A stretch of 64,000 nt of DNA from a virus: the IMG/VR virus record IMGVR_UViG_3300025769_000068. One strand, written 5' to 3'. Positions 50,201-58,217 of this stretch are shown piece by piece. Numbering within the stretch: the stretch's first letter is position 1; each line of letters starts with the position of its first letter. The notes under the pieces were generated by a model. That model was not told where the DNA came from. It saw nothing but the letters and a program-made list of their open reading frames with translations, and did no database searches. The translations under genes and the position numbers were made by a program.

Positions 50201-53200
50201 GATAGTAGCAAGATAAATAGTGGGATACCTGTGATTGTAGGAGCTTTAGTTGATGATAGTTTATCTATGGGTAACGAAACCCTTGGAGAAAATGGAAATG
50301 ACGCTGTAGATCAATTCTTTGATTGGTATAAAGAATACTCATTTGCTAGTGGCGTTACAAACTTTAGTAATGAACCTTCAGCTGGTTCTACTTTTAGAAC
50401 ATCTACTGACTCGGGAGAAGATTGGATAGCACTTTCTATTAATCTTATTAAAACGGTATTTGACACTGGAAGAATGGCTGCAAGTGAAGACTTTAAGTTA
50501 TTTTCAACTAGTGTTGGAACTTTTAATAATAATACTGCTAGATTTAATATGCCACCACCAAGCGGTGGAGCCGTTTTTGTATACGAAGAAGAATTTAATG
50601 ATGGAAAATTAGAATGGAATCCTATTCAAATTATAAATTCTCCAACAAAGTCTAAAGACGTATATGCAGATAGATTTGGTCATGACGTTGCTATTAGTGA
50701 CGACAAATCTACTATAGTTATTGGTTCTCCATACATAGACGAAGCTATAAGTATTTATGAAAGAAATCCATATACTTTTGCTCATGAATATGTGGGCAAT
50801 TGGATAAATAGGGTTGGTCCAAACGATAAACCATTTGGATACTTACGAGATAAGTACAGAAGATTTCAAGAACTTGTTCCAGCATTAGGACGCGGTGAGG
50901 CTCAAAAAGTTTTATTTAATGAGTTAAATGCCAGTGGTAAATTACAACTAAGAATAGATGAGGATATTAAGGCGTATGAATTAAATCAACGTTACACACA
51001 TAGCGAGATGAAACCTACCATTCCCCCAGATTGGGAATTCTTATATAGCAAGTTTGCGCCTACTCCAAGATTGGGTTATTCTGTTGATACTAACTCAGAT
51101 GGCTCTATTATAGCTGCTGGTGCGCCAACTGACAGCGTGCTAAATGAGGATAATGAATTCGTTGTATGGTGGAGACCGGGAGCCACACACACAAGTCAAT
51201 GGTTTTCAACCACAAATGCTGGATCTGTCACTGTGCTTGAGGGTAAAAAGTATTATGTTCATAAAAATAAAGCTGTAGAATATACTAGACTTGGTAATAA
51301 ACATAGAATATTAAATGAAGAAGAGCAGGGTGCGGGTTTATTTGATCACATGACAGCTATTTATAGAGATGCTGGTATTGATTTTTCTATACTGCCAAAT
51401 GACGAAGTAGATATTCCAAATGATGCAGGGTTGATGTTTATGATTACGCCAGCCATAGATGGTTTAAGCGATGAAATTGTAGAAAATATTCAAAATTGGT
51501 TAGGTCTTGGAGATAGACATTTAGTACTAGTTTCAGATGATCCAGTTTATGAAAATAGTGGAGTTTATGGAACTACCAATAATATTGTTAATGAATTGCT
51601 TACAAGGCTTGATTCTAGAATTGAAGTTGTGCCAGCTAGGTCTGAATATGAATCACTAGTTGGATCTAACAGAAGAGATAATAGTCCATTTAATGAAATG
51701 GATCTTAATATAATACCATCATTTATTCCCGGTGGAACAACGTCATTCAGCTATCCCGGTATCAAGGAGAATAGCTTCAGTGGATTACGTGGATCTGGAG
51801 TTGCTGACATTAAGTTAAATTTCCCCGGTATTTATTCAGCTTATCATTGCGGCGAAAGAAGAAACAATCTTTTTGAAACAGATTTAGCTGGAAATGAAAC
51901 AGGAGCTTTCCCATCATATCAAGAACTGAACGACAGGTGCGAAATGATTCCTCAACATGGGGGAGATCTTAGAGCAGAATGGATTGATTTTTGTGAAAAT
52001 CCAATAGGATTAGGTATTATAACATTCCCAGTAAACTTGGCGATGGCATTTGGTACTCAAACAGAAGTAACCGTTGGTTGCTGTATAGAAGATTGCCCAC
52101 CACCACCTACGGGACTCCCAAATAGGGAACCCATACCGCTACTAGTAGCGAATGAACATAGTCTAGAAGAGAAAATTATACCAGCTATTCCAGAAAGAAT
52201 TAAAGAAGTTGAGGTTGTTGTTGGATTTGAGACAAAAACAGGAGGGCCGTTCTTTTCAAAAGATTGTTTTGAAGAAGCACAGTTTTACTGGACAGCGGAC
52301 AGTAATAATTATAAAGGCTTGAATACTAACCTTGGTTTTACGTCAAGTCCTAGCAAGTATATTACAGACAACGAACTTGTAGCATCTAGAAGAAGTATTC
52401 TTAGATCTAAATCTCATTCTGAAGGCCAAGTTATAAATGAAAGAAATCCAATAGATCATTTTAATATTATCTCTAAAGAAAAATATAAAGATACAACATC
52501 TGAAGTATACATAATTAGTAATACTGACATGGAGCTTAGAGAATTTTTATTAAATTCAGAAGTTGACGATAAAAATCTTTTAATATATAGATCCATATTA
52601 AAATCTGTTAATAATAGCGATGAGTTTTTGACAAGAATAGCACAGCTGGGTGGGTGGACAAATAGGACAGCATTTAAAGATGGTCGTGAAGATTCTTACC
52701 TAGAAGAACTACTTGGTTTCTTGCCACCAGATGTAGCTTACAATGTAGATGATTTAGAAAATCATATTTTAACTAGTACTTATGACGCTGCGTGGATTGC
52801 CAATACTGACCAAATCATACCAAGTGATGACTTAAATGTATTGAAAGCTTGGCTATCACGGGGCGATAGAAAGTTATTTATAACTTGCGGTAGAAAAGAT
52901 TCCTCTAGTGATAATCAAACAATTACAGATCAAGGCATTCCATTAGAAAATGTAGAAGCTTTAGAGTCTTTAGCTGCTGGCTTAGAATTGAATATGAGGC
53001 CATTAAGACTGCCAGTAAAAAACAAAGTAGCTTCTATGATAGATTTCTTTCCAGACATTGAAGCAAGATTTGAAACATTTGGAGAATTAAATGATCAAAT
53101 GAGAGATTTTGGTTTTGGTCAAGAAGATTTCAATGCTGGGGCTTCAGCTACATTTGCAATTCCTGCATTTAATTCTTTATCAATATCTGGTGGCGAAAGA

Positions 53201-56152
53201 ATATTTGGCACTAATGATTCTGGCTCAACAAGACCGGCTCGACGCGCAAACAAATTAACTGATGATAAGTTCATAATTGTTGGTGTTCCTTACTTCAAAA
53301 CAGGCGTAACAAAAGTAACGTTCCCAGTTCTTCCGGGTTCAGGATATAGAGTATTTTTTGATACAATGTCCGCAACTCCAGATGAAAAATCTTCATTTGA
53401 ATATACTTTTTCAAATTGTAATAAAAAGGCCGGGGTGTTATCTAGTGGTACGTTAAAGAATATTGAAGATATAATTCACATGCCTAGTGATGAAAGTCAT
53501 AACAAAGTTAAATCCATTGATAAAGCTTTTGTTGGATTTGAGTTAGCTAAAGACGATAAGGGAGGTTCAAGATTAGATGCAGAAAATGGTGAAAAACTAA
53601 ACCCCTTCGAGTTCAACTATAAAGGCGATGTAAATACTGAAAGCATAAATCTTTATGTACCTAGTGGTGACGGTAAAGACCATGACAATGTTAATACGAT
53701 TGATGAAATTAGTATATACATAAATTCTAATTATATTAATTATCCAACTGGTGACTATGACAAATTACCCAAAACGCAAAGATTAATTGGTATATCTGGA
53801 TGTTTAGTTCCTTTCAGTTTTGAAGATGAACTAGTACCAGTGATGGGTATTCAAGAAGAAGTTATTCCAGCAGTTCCAGAACAAAGATTAATGATTCAAG
53901 AGACAAGACCTATTAGTACAAGCAGTCACAAGTACTGCCCTACTGATGAATGCAAAGAAATATTTACTAGTAGAGATCCTACTAATGTAATTGCAGACGG
54001 TCCAGTTGTTGCAGCTCAAGAAATTTATTTCCAAAAGCCATTTGATGTTGGCATGAACAGATCTAGAATTACAGTGCTTACAGACGCAAGTATGATACAG
54101 GGTCGTAGAATTGCAGACGAGGGCGGTGTAATTGATGAAAATGTTATAAGATTTTTACAAACCCTATATCCAACTACTTTTTTCCCCAAACAAATAGATG
54201 AGCTGTTGGACGATGAAGACATGGAAAGAGAATTTAAAGTCTATGACGTTATTACTAAAATTACTGCACCAGTTAAAGGTAGTCCTCAAAAGTTCTTTAA
54301 TTCTACTGGAAACTCTGGACAAATGATTAGATTTGCTGGAGATGGAACTCCTGCAACATCTGGTAGAGCTATGACTTTCTTCTCTGATGATGTAGATCCA
54401 ACCACTATTAATAATCATGGCTTTTTAAAATCACCTCTTCCAATGCAGATTGGAAAGGGCGCTCAAAAATTAACACCAAGAGATCCTCCATATCCAAATG
54501 AAGAGCAAGTTGATCAAATGAAACTAGGTGCAATTGAAGCATTCTCGTCTGCTCAGTATAGTTACGGTGGAACTGCTAAGTTTAGTGGAGTCATAGATGG
54601 AAAAATGTATCAAGATGCATATTACGGAGAGTTTCCACAAATTATTGGGGAAAAAGGCTATGACTATTTAGACTTTGATAAATTACCTTCTGGATATCCG
54701 GGTGATTTATTTGGTTATTCAGTTGCAATACAAGATAAAACTATTGCCATTGGTTCGCCCTTTGCGGCTTTCTCGTCAGAAACTCCTACTACTTGGTCTT
54801 ATGTTTCTGGGGTTACTGTTAAAAATGAACAAGCCTCTGGAACAGTGCTTGGTTATGGCGGTGGTGCTGGATCTGTATTCCTTTACGGAAAGGGTGAACG
54901 CACTCTTTCAGAGTATGGTGTTGTCGGAGGATTTAAAGGTTGGGAACTCCTTAAGAAATTTAGACCTCAAAGTATTAATGTTGGTCAAAACTTATGCTTA
55001 AACGGAATAAATGAAACTGCAATTTCACAAAATGTAACTAGACTTGGACCTAATAATTATAAAATAGCTGACCTTAGAGATAACTCTTTTGTTACGGATC
55101 AGTTTGGAGCTTCCGTTGATATTCACAGCGACACGATTGTAATAGGTGCGCCGGGACATGATTTCCCCAGCTTAGAACAAATGGAATTTGAAAGGGGTGG
55201 AGAAGCTAGCGGTGCATTTAATTATAAAGAATTTAATGTATCAATAGATATTCCTTTAAGAACTGTTTATGATGTGGGTGAGTCTGGTTTAAGACATCAA
55301 CTTAGCTTAAGCGGTAGTGGAACAACCGCTGTGCTAAATAATGGTGCGGCTTACGTTTACGAAATTATAAATGATGATTGGGAAGAAAGAACCAAGAGTT
55401 TTTCTTTTGTTCAAAAAATTGTACCAAAGGGTTATTTCTCCAGAGTACAAAAAGATTACGAAGGGATGCTAGTAGAAACTGCTGTTAGTGGTTCTGAAAA
55501 TGATTACTACGGCAGATCTGTTTCTGTTTATCAAGCCAATAGAGCAGATAGTAATTATAGTATAGCCGTTGGCGCTCCTGCTCATATGTGCGCCACTAGC
55601 GGAGATCACTCTTCGTTTGCTTCTGGGGTTAATACTGGAGCTGTTTACATATCTGATGGAATGCTAAGAAAACCTAGTTCTACTCTACCAAGTCCAGATG
55701 CTTCTATTTTTGCTACAGTTTACGCAAATTCTGGAATTGATAGATCTGATCCAAATGGAGATTATATATCATTACACTTTACAAATAATGGTGTTTATGA
55801 TCATATATTTAAATCTAATGGTAGATTATATACTAATGAAGATGGAGAGATATTCTTAGAGGCTTCTGGTCGAGATCCCGCAGATAGAAGCTTTACCGCC
55901 CATAGACCTTTAATACAAGAAATTACTGGAAAGTACGTACATGGAACTCCAGAAAAAAACTCAATTAGATTATTTGCTAGTGGTCAGGGTCCAATGGTTA
56001 GTGGGTCTTTACCTCTTTATAATCAGGCTAAAGGCTCGGCAATCGTGTATAATAATTTAGGATTATATGCTAGTGCTTCGACGGGCAGTATTTCAGGCGT
56101 TTTTGAAGGTTCTGGTTTGACGCTATATTCTTCAGGCGTACTTGGTTCATAG
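44273..56152 (+). CDS. Giant (3959 aa) tail-tip/adhesin protein with LamG-like domain, FG-GAP beta-propeller and inserted alpha/beta domains; Ser-Gly rich
   Basis: LamG-like region at about 46770-47240 (GGFAAYIRFSP...LLSKW...LKLYVD). FG-GAP repeats YGKSVCV..MVVGSP, FGSSLDM..IVVGAP, FGHDVAI..IVIGSP, LGYSVD..IAAGAP, FGYSVAI..IAIGSP, FGASVDI..IVIGAP and YGRSVSV..IAVGAP. Confidence 0.7.
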   Translation: MIQDCFSPKVSFKKAGVGKLRLGERAGLLQVRCQTDVNLKFDINLKAANTGDRLISSKMLGFATLKQTTTSDINVNRYFNLDNAFITTRYKLNPASIFARPSTSAFVSARPHKIAGTHDSYREFDNFVATEKLYPSGIEVFESGFNRIIGVASSIDDGVLIGNYLKNGLPSSRVTRDSIFLRSQERFGKPKDDHNNYKLVLEMDKPSTDMLESFLAIRVDAPIENFRSHKPLSYKFNNLKFTDPSGNLIVQYKDFTVKGESKYLSTVNPTTYLTEPLINNAKLDKDDSNYPLFFNESGYLLNIDVETSTLDDPFNVGFSNAFSEDNRPVGGRREDFRIISLEILSQGLSNFRNDAILPFSVQVPATGLRTERKIFPSNLLKYNFDTTIYPSGEHSLWTDNGNHTFNDVEDNSHLSNILRLDGNDKFIELSSTTAIADSGKLKLKFSHEPPTSAFRYADGAFQFAFSSNSFDAANKRQVSDIDSFFVVDEIELKVTAKKSASSRDYVIDAVGYSDDKLLHITPKIGGFLQNASGQHPSGIGVTPVSSGFANINDLGISTLPISDKFSYFETSGTNNLGGNHYSLPLTPIVNTTEFTEYTIPLDIYPDNVRLGKSVDYSMSSYFEHLYLDLFPFPSGAAISNISLLIKYRPSNALPLHTVAHEKEPLHKSEAKGYPSSSQSTDRKINSVIQNSGLSLIESIPHGYQSPTTIKTNYARRWRGVDGNVMTGPFQPTVFDFSFENPQLDAPFLNGTFDFTKIEDGFVLPNQSGLLDNNVSGFYNASFSSNLIENIGLRFNNSGLFVNQQRDYKTLDWTQTGSELSGKILDSFDKALRLSGPDANINFGSGISVSGGFAAYIRFSPDVSISGSSYNLWDSGVLLSKWNHGEELEFLLAYSGGHLAAHARDIDNNTISIYDSQDYTNYQYPLSVLLTYNDNLSSRLKLYVDSEIASGSYDLLRASSTSFFMASGNSPIVAGFSSASGVGTNVFATDVGLSFHNASGSNITESGINLDMKQTEVEGFFSGHRAKFWNAGESHVYDRYKLWSFVDQNTSKWKIGEFNFCMFDQNFSRFSKRVGRDYIQFKLSHSGFPYYQTTNLALPSGSIQTSGLAYHSQLENDMLRLDIGTIPDGDSHRLYSASPRISKNFPRGYKFEESAFVVDTVIQSQIDQEVNWNDGNTGPKLIVSLYAPQKDPTTYVESNFGLVNRHYHYLPFNGCMTKISSTFDYNDWIDKSEPWAEFNSRTASTEFDHKFYSDDIDKMFIQYDIAFPSGDKFTSNIKLHSINLNLENVLASGDAISSSGFALFASGNTLSSNALELFVDSLVNISGAQPSGLTLYSSGAAIPTVSGESPSGLLMSTLAYDPSTVSRASGMYLSLFSSGDATIGFDPNLIIHEGMYGIVNTDFNPVVNLFTEGGAFGVKVLDGALSISTFNDGILDSTSGDLFLFNQSAGLADPILDSGSITMFLHGVPELNPFIELVDTLPLYLGGVDLNITSSSSLDLRIIGQPIINGINNDIHLFTTNYNVAPGDLGQEFISWTNVNAGTGISTIESDYSYLESSDEIRGVDLTCYGDCESTDEPCTDPEIIIHGKNFGQDCVDGGIFRAKRLYTNLATSGFKTDVGYSGNYYGIRKFTGLIPHAPYDIQVFGRTAGEERKELPRSLSINYGTNENVHFSGIKLIADGIQGASGNTPPSSTTPRNAFDQYGKSVCVGKKYMVVGSPKHHVFDYDSRDLGEAGTVFVYERNSEPSGYDWSNQDDKSGFSFVSELTLPIGLKRDYAVAITSKDDPLQPQSDKKLPFPTTRAEWYNIGEGRNFGSSLDMSNSGESPTIVVGAPNSVWSRTFSDPVPTPIEVALFVFTRPFKEFKNVKRQGREAEETVIPGKKTYRDILPSISDVNFLYKYYSNPAVSVNLKVIIVEPNLTSGPAGDQDFIGGTEDVAFKFSISNHERGKFRGQSHTTQMFQQLQEIFHGPTSGIYPLDSSKINSGIPVIVGALVDDSLSMGNETLGENGNDAVDQFFDWYKEYSFASGVTNFSNEPSAGSTFRTSTDSGEDWIALSINLIKTVFDTGRMAASEDFKLFSTSVGTFNNNTARFNMPPPSGGAVFVYEEEFNDGKLEWNPIQIINSPTKSKDVYADRFGHDVAISDDKSTIVIGSPYIDEAISIYERNPYTFAHEYVGNWINRVGPNDKPFGYLRDKYRRFQELVPALGRGEAQKVLFNELNASGKLQLRIDEDIKAYELNQRYTHSEMKPTIPPDWEFLYSKFAPTPRLGYSVDTNSDGSIIAAGAPTDSVLNEDNEFVVWWRPGATHTSQWFSTTNAGSVTVLEGKKYYVHKNKAVEYTRLGNKHRILNEEEQGAGLFDHMTAIYRDAGIDFSILPNDEVDIPNDAGLMFMITPAIDGLSDEIVENIQNWLGLGDRHLVLVSDDPVYENSGVYGTTNNIVNELLTRLDSRIEVVPARSEYESLVGSNRRDNSPFNEMDLNIIPSFIPGGTTSFSYPGIKENSFSGLRGSGVADIKLNFPGIYSAYHCGERRNNLFETDLAGNETGAFPSYQELNDRCEMIPQHGGDLRAEWIDFCENPIGLGIITFPVNLAMAFGTQTEVTVGCCIEDCPPPPTGLPNREPIPLLVANEHSLEEKIIPAIPERIKEVEVVVGFETKTGGPFFSKDCFEEAQFYWTADSNNYKGLNTNLGFTSSPSKYITDNELVASRRSILRSKSHSEGQVINERNPIDHFNIISKEKYKDTTSEVYIISNTDMELREFLLNSEVDDKNLLIYRSILKSVNNSDEFLTRIAQLGGWTNRTAFKDGREDSYLEELLGFLPPDVAYNVDDLENHILTSTYDAAWIANTDQIIPSDDLNVLKAWLSRGDRKLFITCGRKDSSSDNQTITDQGIPLENVEALESLAAGLELNMRPLRLPVKNKVASMIDFFPDIEARFETFGELNDQMRDFGFGQEDFNAGASATFAIPAFNSLSISGGERIFGTNDSGSTRPARRANKLTDDKFIIVGVPYFKTGVTKVTFPVLPGSGYRVFFDTMSATPDEKSSFEYTFSNCNKKAGVLSSGTLKNIEDIIHMPSDESHNKVKSIDKAFVGFELAKDDKGGSRLDAENGEKLNPFEFNYKGDVNTESINLYVPSGDGKDHDNVNTIDEISIYINSNYINYPTGDYDKLPKTQRLIGISGCLVPFSFEDELVPVMGIQEEVIPAVPEQRLMIQETRPISTSSHKYCPTDECKEIFTSRDPTNVIADGPVVAAQEIYFQKPFDVGMNRSRITVLTDASMIQGRRIADEGGVIDENVIRFLQTLYPTTFFPKQIDELLDDEDMEREFKVYDVITKITAPVKGSPQKFFNSTGNSGQMIRFAGDGTPATSGRAMTFFSDDVDPTTINNHGFLKSPLPMQIGKGAQKLTPRDPPYPNEEQVDQMKLGAIEAFSSAQYSYGGTAKFSGVIDGKMYQDAYYGEFPQIIGEKGYDYLDFDKLPSGYPGDLFGYSVAIQDKTIAIGSPFAAFSSETPTTWSYVSGVTVKNEQASGTVLGYGGGAGSVFLYGKGERTLSEYGVVGGFKGWELLKKFRPQSINVGQNLCLNGINETAISQNVTRLGPNNYKIADLRDNSFVTDQFGASVDIHSDTIVIGAPGHDFPSLEQMEFERGGEASGAFNYKEFNVSIDIPLRTVYDVGESGLRHQLSLSGSGTTAVLNNGAAYVYEIINDDWEERTKSFSFVQKIVPKGYFSRVQKDYEGMLVETAVSGSENDYYGRSVSVYQANRADSNYSIAVGAPAHMCATSGDHSSFASGVNTGAVYISDGMLRKPSSTLPSPDASIFATVYANSGIDRSDPNGDYISLHFTNNGVYDHIFKSNGRLYTNEDGEIFLEASGRDPADRSFTAHRPLIQEITGKYVHGTPEKNSIRLFASGQGPMVSGSLPLYNQAKGSAIVYNNLGLYASASTGSISGVFEGSGLTLYSSGVLGS

Positions 56153-56169
56153 CATAAAGGGAAAATAAA

Positions 56170-57708
56170 ATGTTAAAAGTTTATTATAATACAGATGCTC
56201 CTTCTTACATCAGGCCAGTTCCACTTGTTTCTATAGCCGAAACCCCCGTCAGGAATAAATCTGGAAAGTTTAGCACCCAGTATACCATTACTTTAAATGG
56301 TACATTAATCTCTCATACTGGTTCTCCGGTATATGATCCTGAAGATGACTTTACTGGCAATGGCCCTAATGATCATTTTGCTACAAGCAGCGCATTGCCA
56401 GCTAGCTATTCAGTACCTTCTGCAAAGCATTCTGAATCTATATTTAGTAAACAGAAAGACATTAGAGAATTATTTAGGAAAGATTACCAAAAAATTGAAA
56501 TATGTGGATATGATGGAACTGTTATTCACACGTCTTATCCTGTAGTAGAATCTATTAATTTTGAAGAAGGCACATATGTTGATACCTGTAATTTTACTGT
56601 TACTCTTACTGCTTATAACTTAAGTAGCGGAGAATTTATATCAGGTAGTCCTTCTGCTTCTGGAATAGAAGATTTTAGTGATAGTTGGTCAATAGAGTCA
56701 GAAGACATTTTTGGTCAACACGCAATCCCAAAAGCTTATAGGCTTACTAGAAATATTTCTGCAACAGCAGTAGTCAATAGTAGTGGAAATTCTTGGGAGT
56801 TTGCTAAAAATTATTTATTTGATGTAAAGGGTGTTAGCCAAACAGCTAGCAGTGGATATCCAGATCCTGACGGATTCGCTTCAGGTTCAATCAACATACC
56901 CCATTCATATTCGGGAGTTGATTTTTCTCGAACAGAAAGTATAGACGTTACAGCTGGAAGCTATTCACTATCCGACACTTGGCTATTGGTGGAATCTGGA
57001 AAACCTGCTATTGAAAATTCTAACATTTCCATTCAGGCTGGAACTGATACTCCTTTTACGACAGTTAGTATTGATGGCACTATAAAAGGAGTAAATACTA
57101 GTGGTGGTGGTAATAATAATGCACTTACCAATGCTAAAGATAAATATTTAGCTTTATCTAATAGTGGCCTTTTTGGTGTTGGATGTGATATATACAAAAG
57201 AGTAAATAATAGAGTTGCTCATAATTTAAATTCACAGCCCACTACGATAAGTCTTGCATTAAATGAGGGTGCTGGAGAAATTACCTATAATTTAGAATTT
57301 AATAATAGACCTGTAAATTTGTTTACGGGAGTTGTGTCCGAGACAATTAATATTAGTGACACTTACCCCGGAGATACTTTTGCTGTTGTTCCAATTTTAG
57401 GTAGAACTACTGGTCCATTGTTACAATATACCGGAAGTAGAACAGAATATAGAAGAGATGTTGGAATTGAAATAATTTTGGACTCTAGCGACATTGGATA
57501 TGGAGACACTAGGGGTGATTTAATTTTAAGAAAACCAAGCGTCAATGAACCAATAAGAACTGAGCTTACAAACCTAATAAAAACAGTTAGTCCAGCTAGT
57601 GAGTATGGAATTAGATCATACTTTCTTGACCCTCCCACAGAAAGCTGGAACCCAAAAACTGGTAGTTATAGTTTAAATCTTAGTTGGACTTATGAGTTAG
57701 ATAAATAA
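56170..57708 (+). CDS. Putative distal tail / tail-tip structural protein
   Basis: 512 aa beta-rich ORF with repeated tube-like modules (YTITLNGTL, TVSIDGTIKG, YSLSDTW, YSLNLSWTY); located downstream of the TMP. Confidence 0.45.
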   Translation: MLKVYYNTDAPSYIRPVPLVSIAETPVRNKSGKFSTQYTITLNGTLISHTGSPVYDPEDDFTGNGPNDHFATSSALPASYSVPSAKHSESIFSKQKDIRELFRKDYQKIEICGYDGTVIHTSYPVVESINFEEGTYVDTCNFTVTLTAYNLSSGEFISGSPSASGIEDFSDSWSIESEDIFGQHAIPKAYRLTRNISATAVVNSSGNSWEFAKNYLFDVKGVSQTASSGYPDPDGFASGSINIPHSYSGVDFSRTESIDVTAGSYSLSDTWLLVESGKPAIENSNISIQAGTDTPFTTVSIDGTIKGVNTSGGGNNNALTNAKDKYLALSNSGLFGVGCDIYKRVNNRVAHNLNSQPTTISLALNEGAGEITYNLEFNNRPVNLFTGVVSETINISDTYPGDTFAVVPILGRTTGPLLQYTGSRTEYRRDVGIEIILDSSDIGYGDTRGDLILRKPSVNEPIRTELTNLIKTVSPASEYGIRSYFLDPPTESWNPKTGSYSLNLSWTYELDK

Positions 57709-58217
57709 TGGCATATACTAGACTAAAAGATAGCGAAAAACAATTAAAAGGAATAGAGGTATTTCCTTCTGGAGAAGGTCTATTCTTTGACGATGCAAAA
57801 CAGAGCGTTAATAGTCGTTATAATCGCGGCTTAGGGGGCGGTCTTAATAATAAAAATTCTTATAATACTGGCGAAATGCCAAGCGGTTTGCATTATGGTA
57901 AACCAAATAGTGTTCAAGATGCAGATGCTTTTACGGAAACGTTTGAACAAAGTGGAGCTTTTGTTGCCGCCAACGGATTATTATTTGATGGCATTATTTC
58001 AGATGATGATCACGCTGGTAAGGAAATAAACTATTTGTCTAACTCTCAAGACCGCGAAGTTGCTAAGTTTAAGCAAATAAATTCATATATTCATTACGTT
58101 CCTAATGCGGCTGGAGGGGTAGGAGAATTAGATCAAAGCGCTTTTTATTATGGGTATAACCCCCTAGCTGGAACGCCTGTTACTGCTAAATTTTATAGAT
58201 ACGGAAAACCAACATGA
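57708..58217 (+). CDS. Hypothetical tail-tip protein
   Basis: 169 aa ORF with TAATG and ATGA coupling on either side. Confidence 0.55.
   Translation: MAYTRLKDSEKQLKGIEVFPSGEGLFFDDAKQSVNSRYNRGLGGGLNNKNSYNTGEMPSGLHYGKPNSVQDADAFTETFEQSGAFVAANGLLFDGIISDDDHAGKEINYLSNSQDREVAKFKQINSYIHYVPNAAGGVGELDQSAFYYGYNPLAGTPVTAKFYRYGKPT

Noticed and set aside
7456-56152. Diversity-generating retroelement acting on the adhesins
   Set aside because: No reverse transcriptase and no TR/VR adenine-mismatch repeat pair seen in this window; it cannot be excluded elsewhere in the genome.
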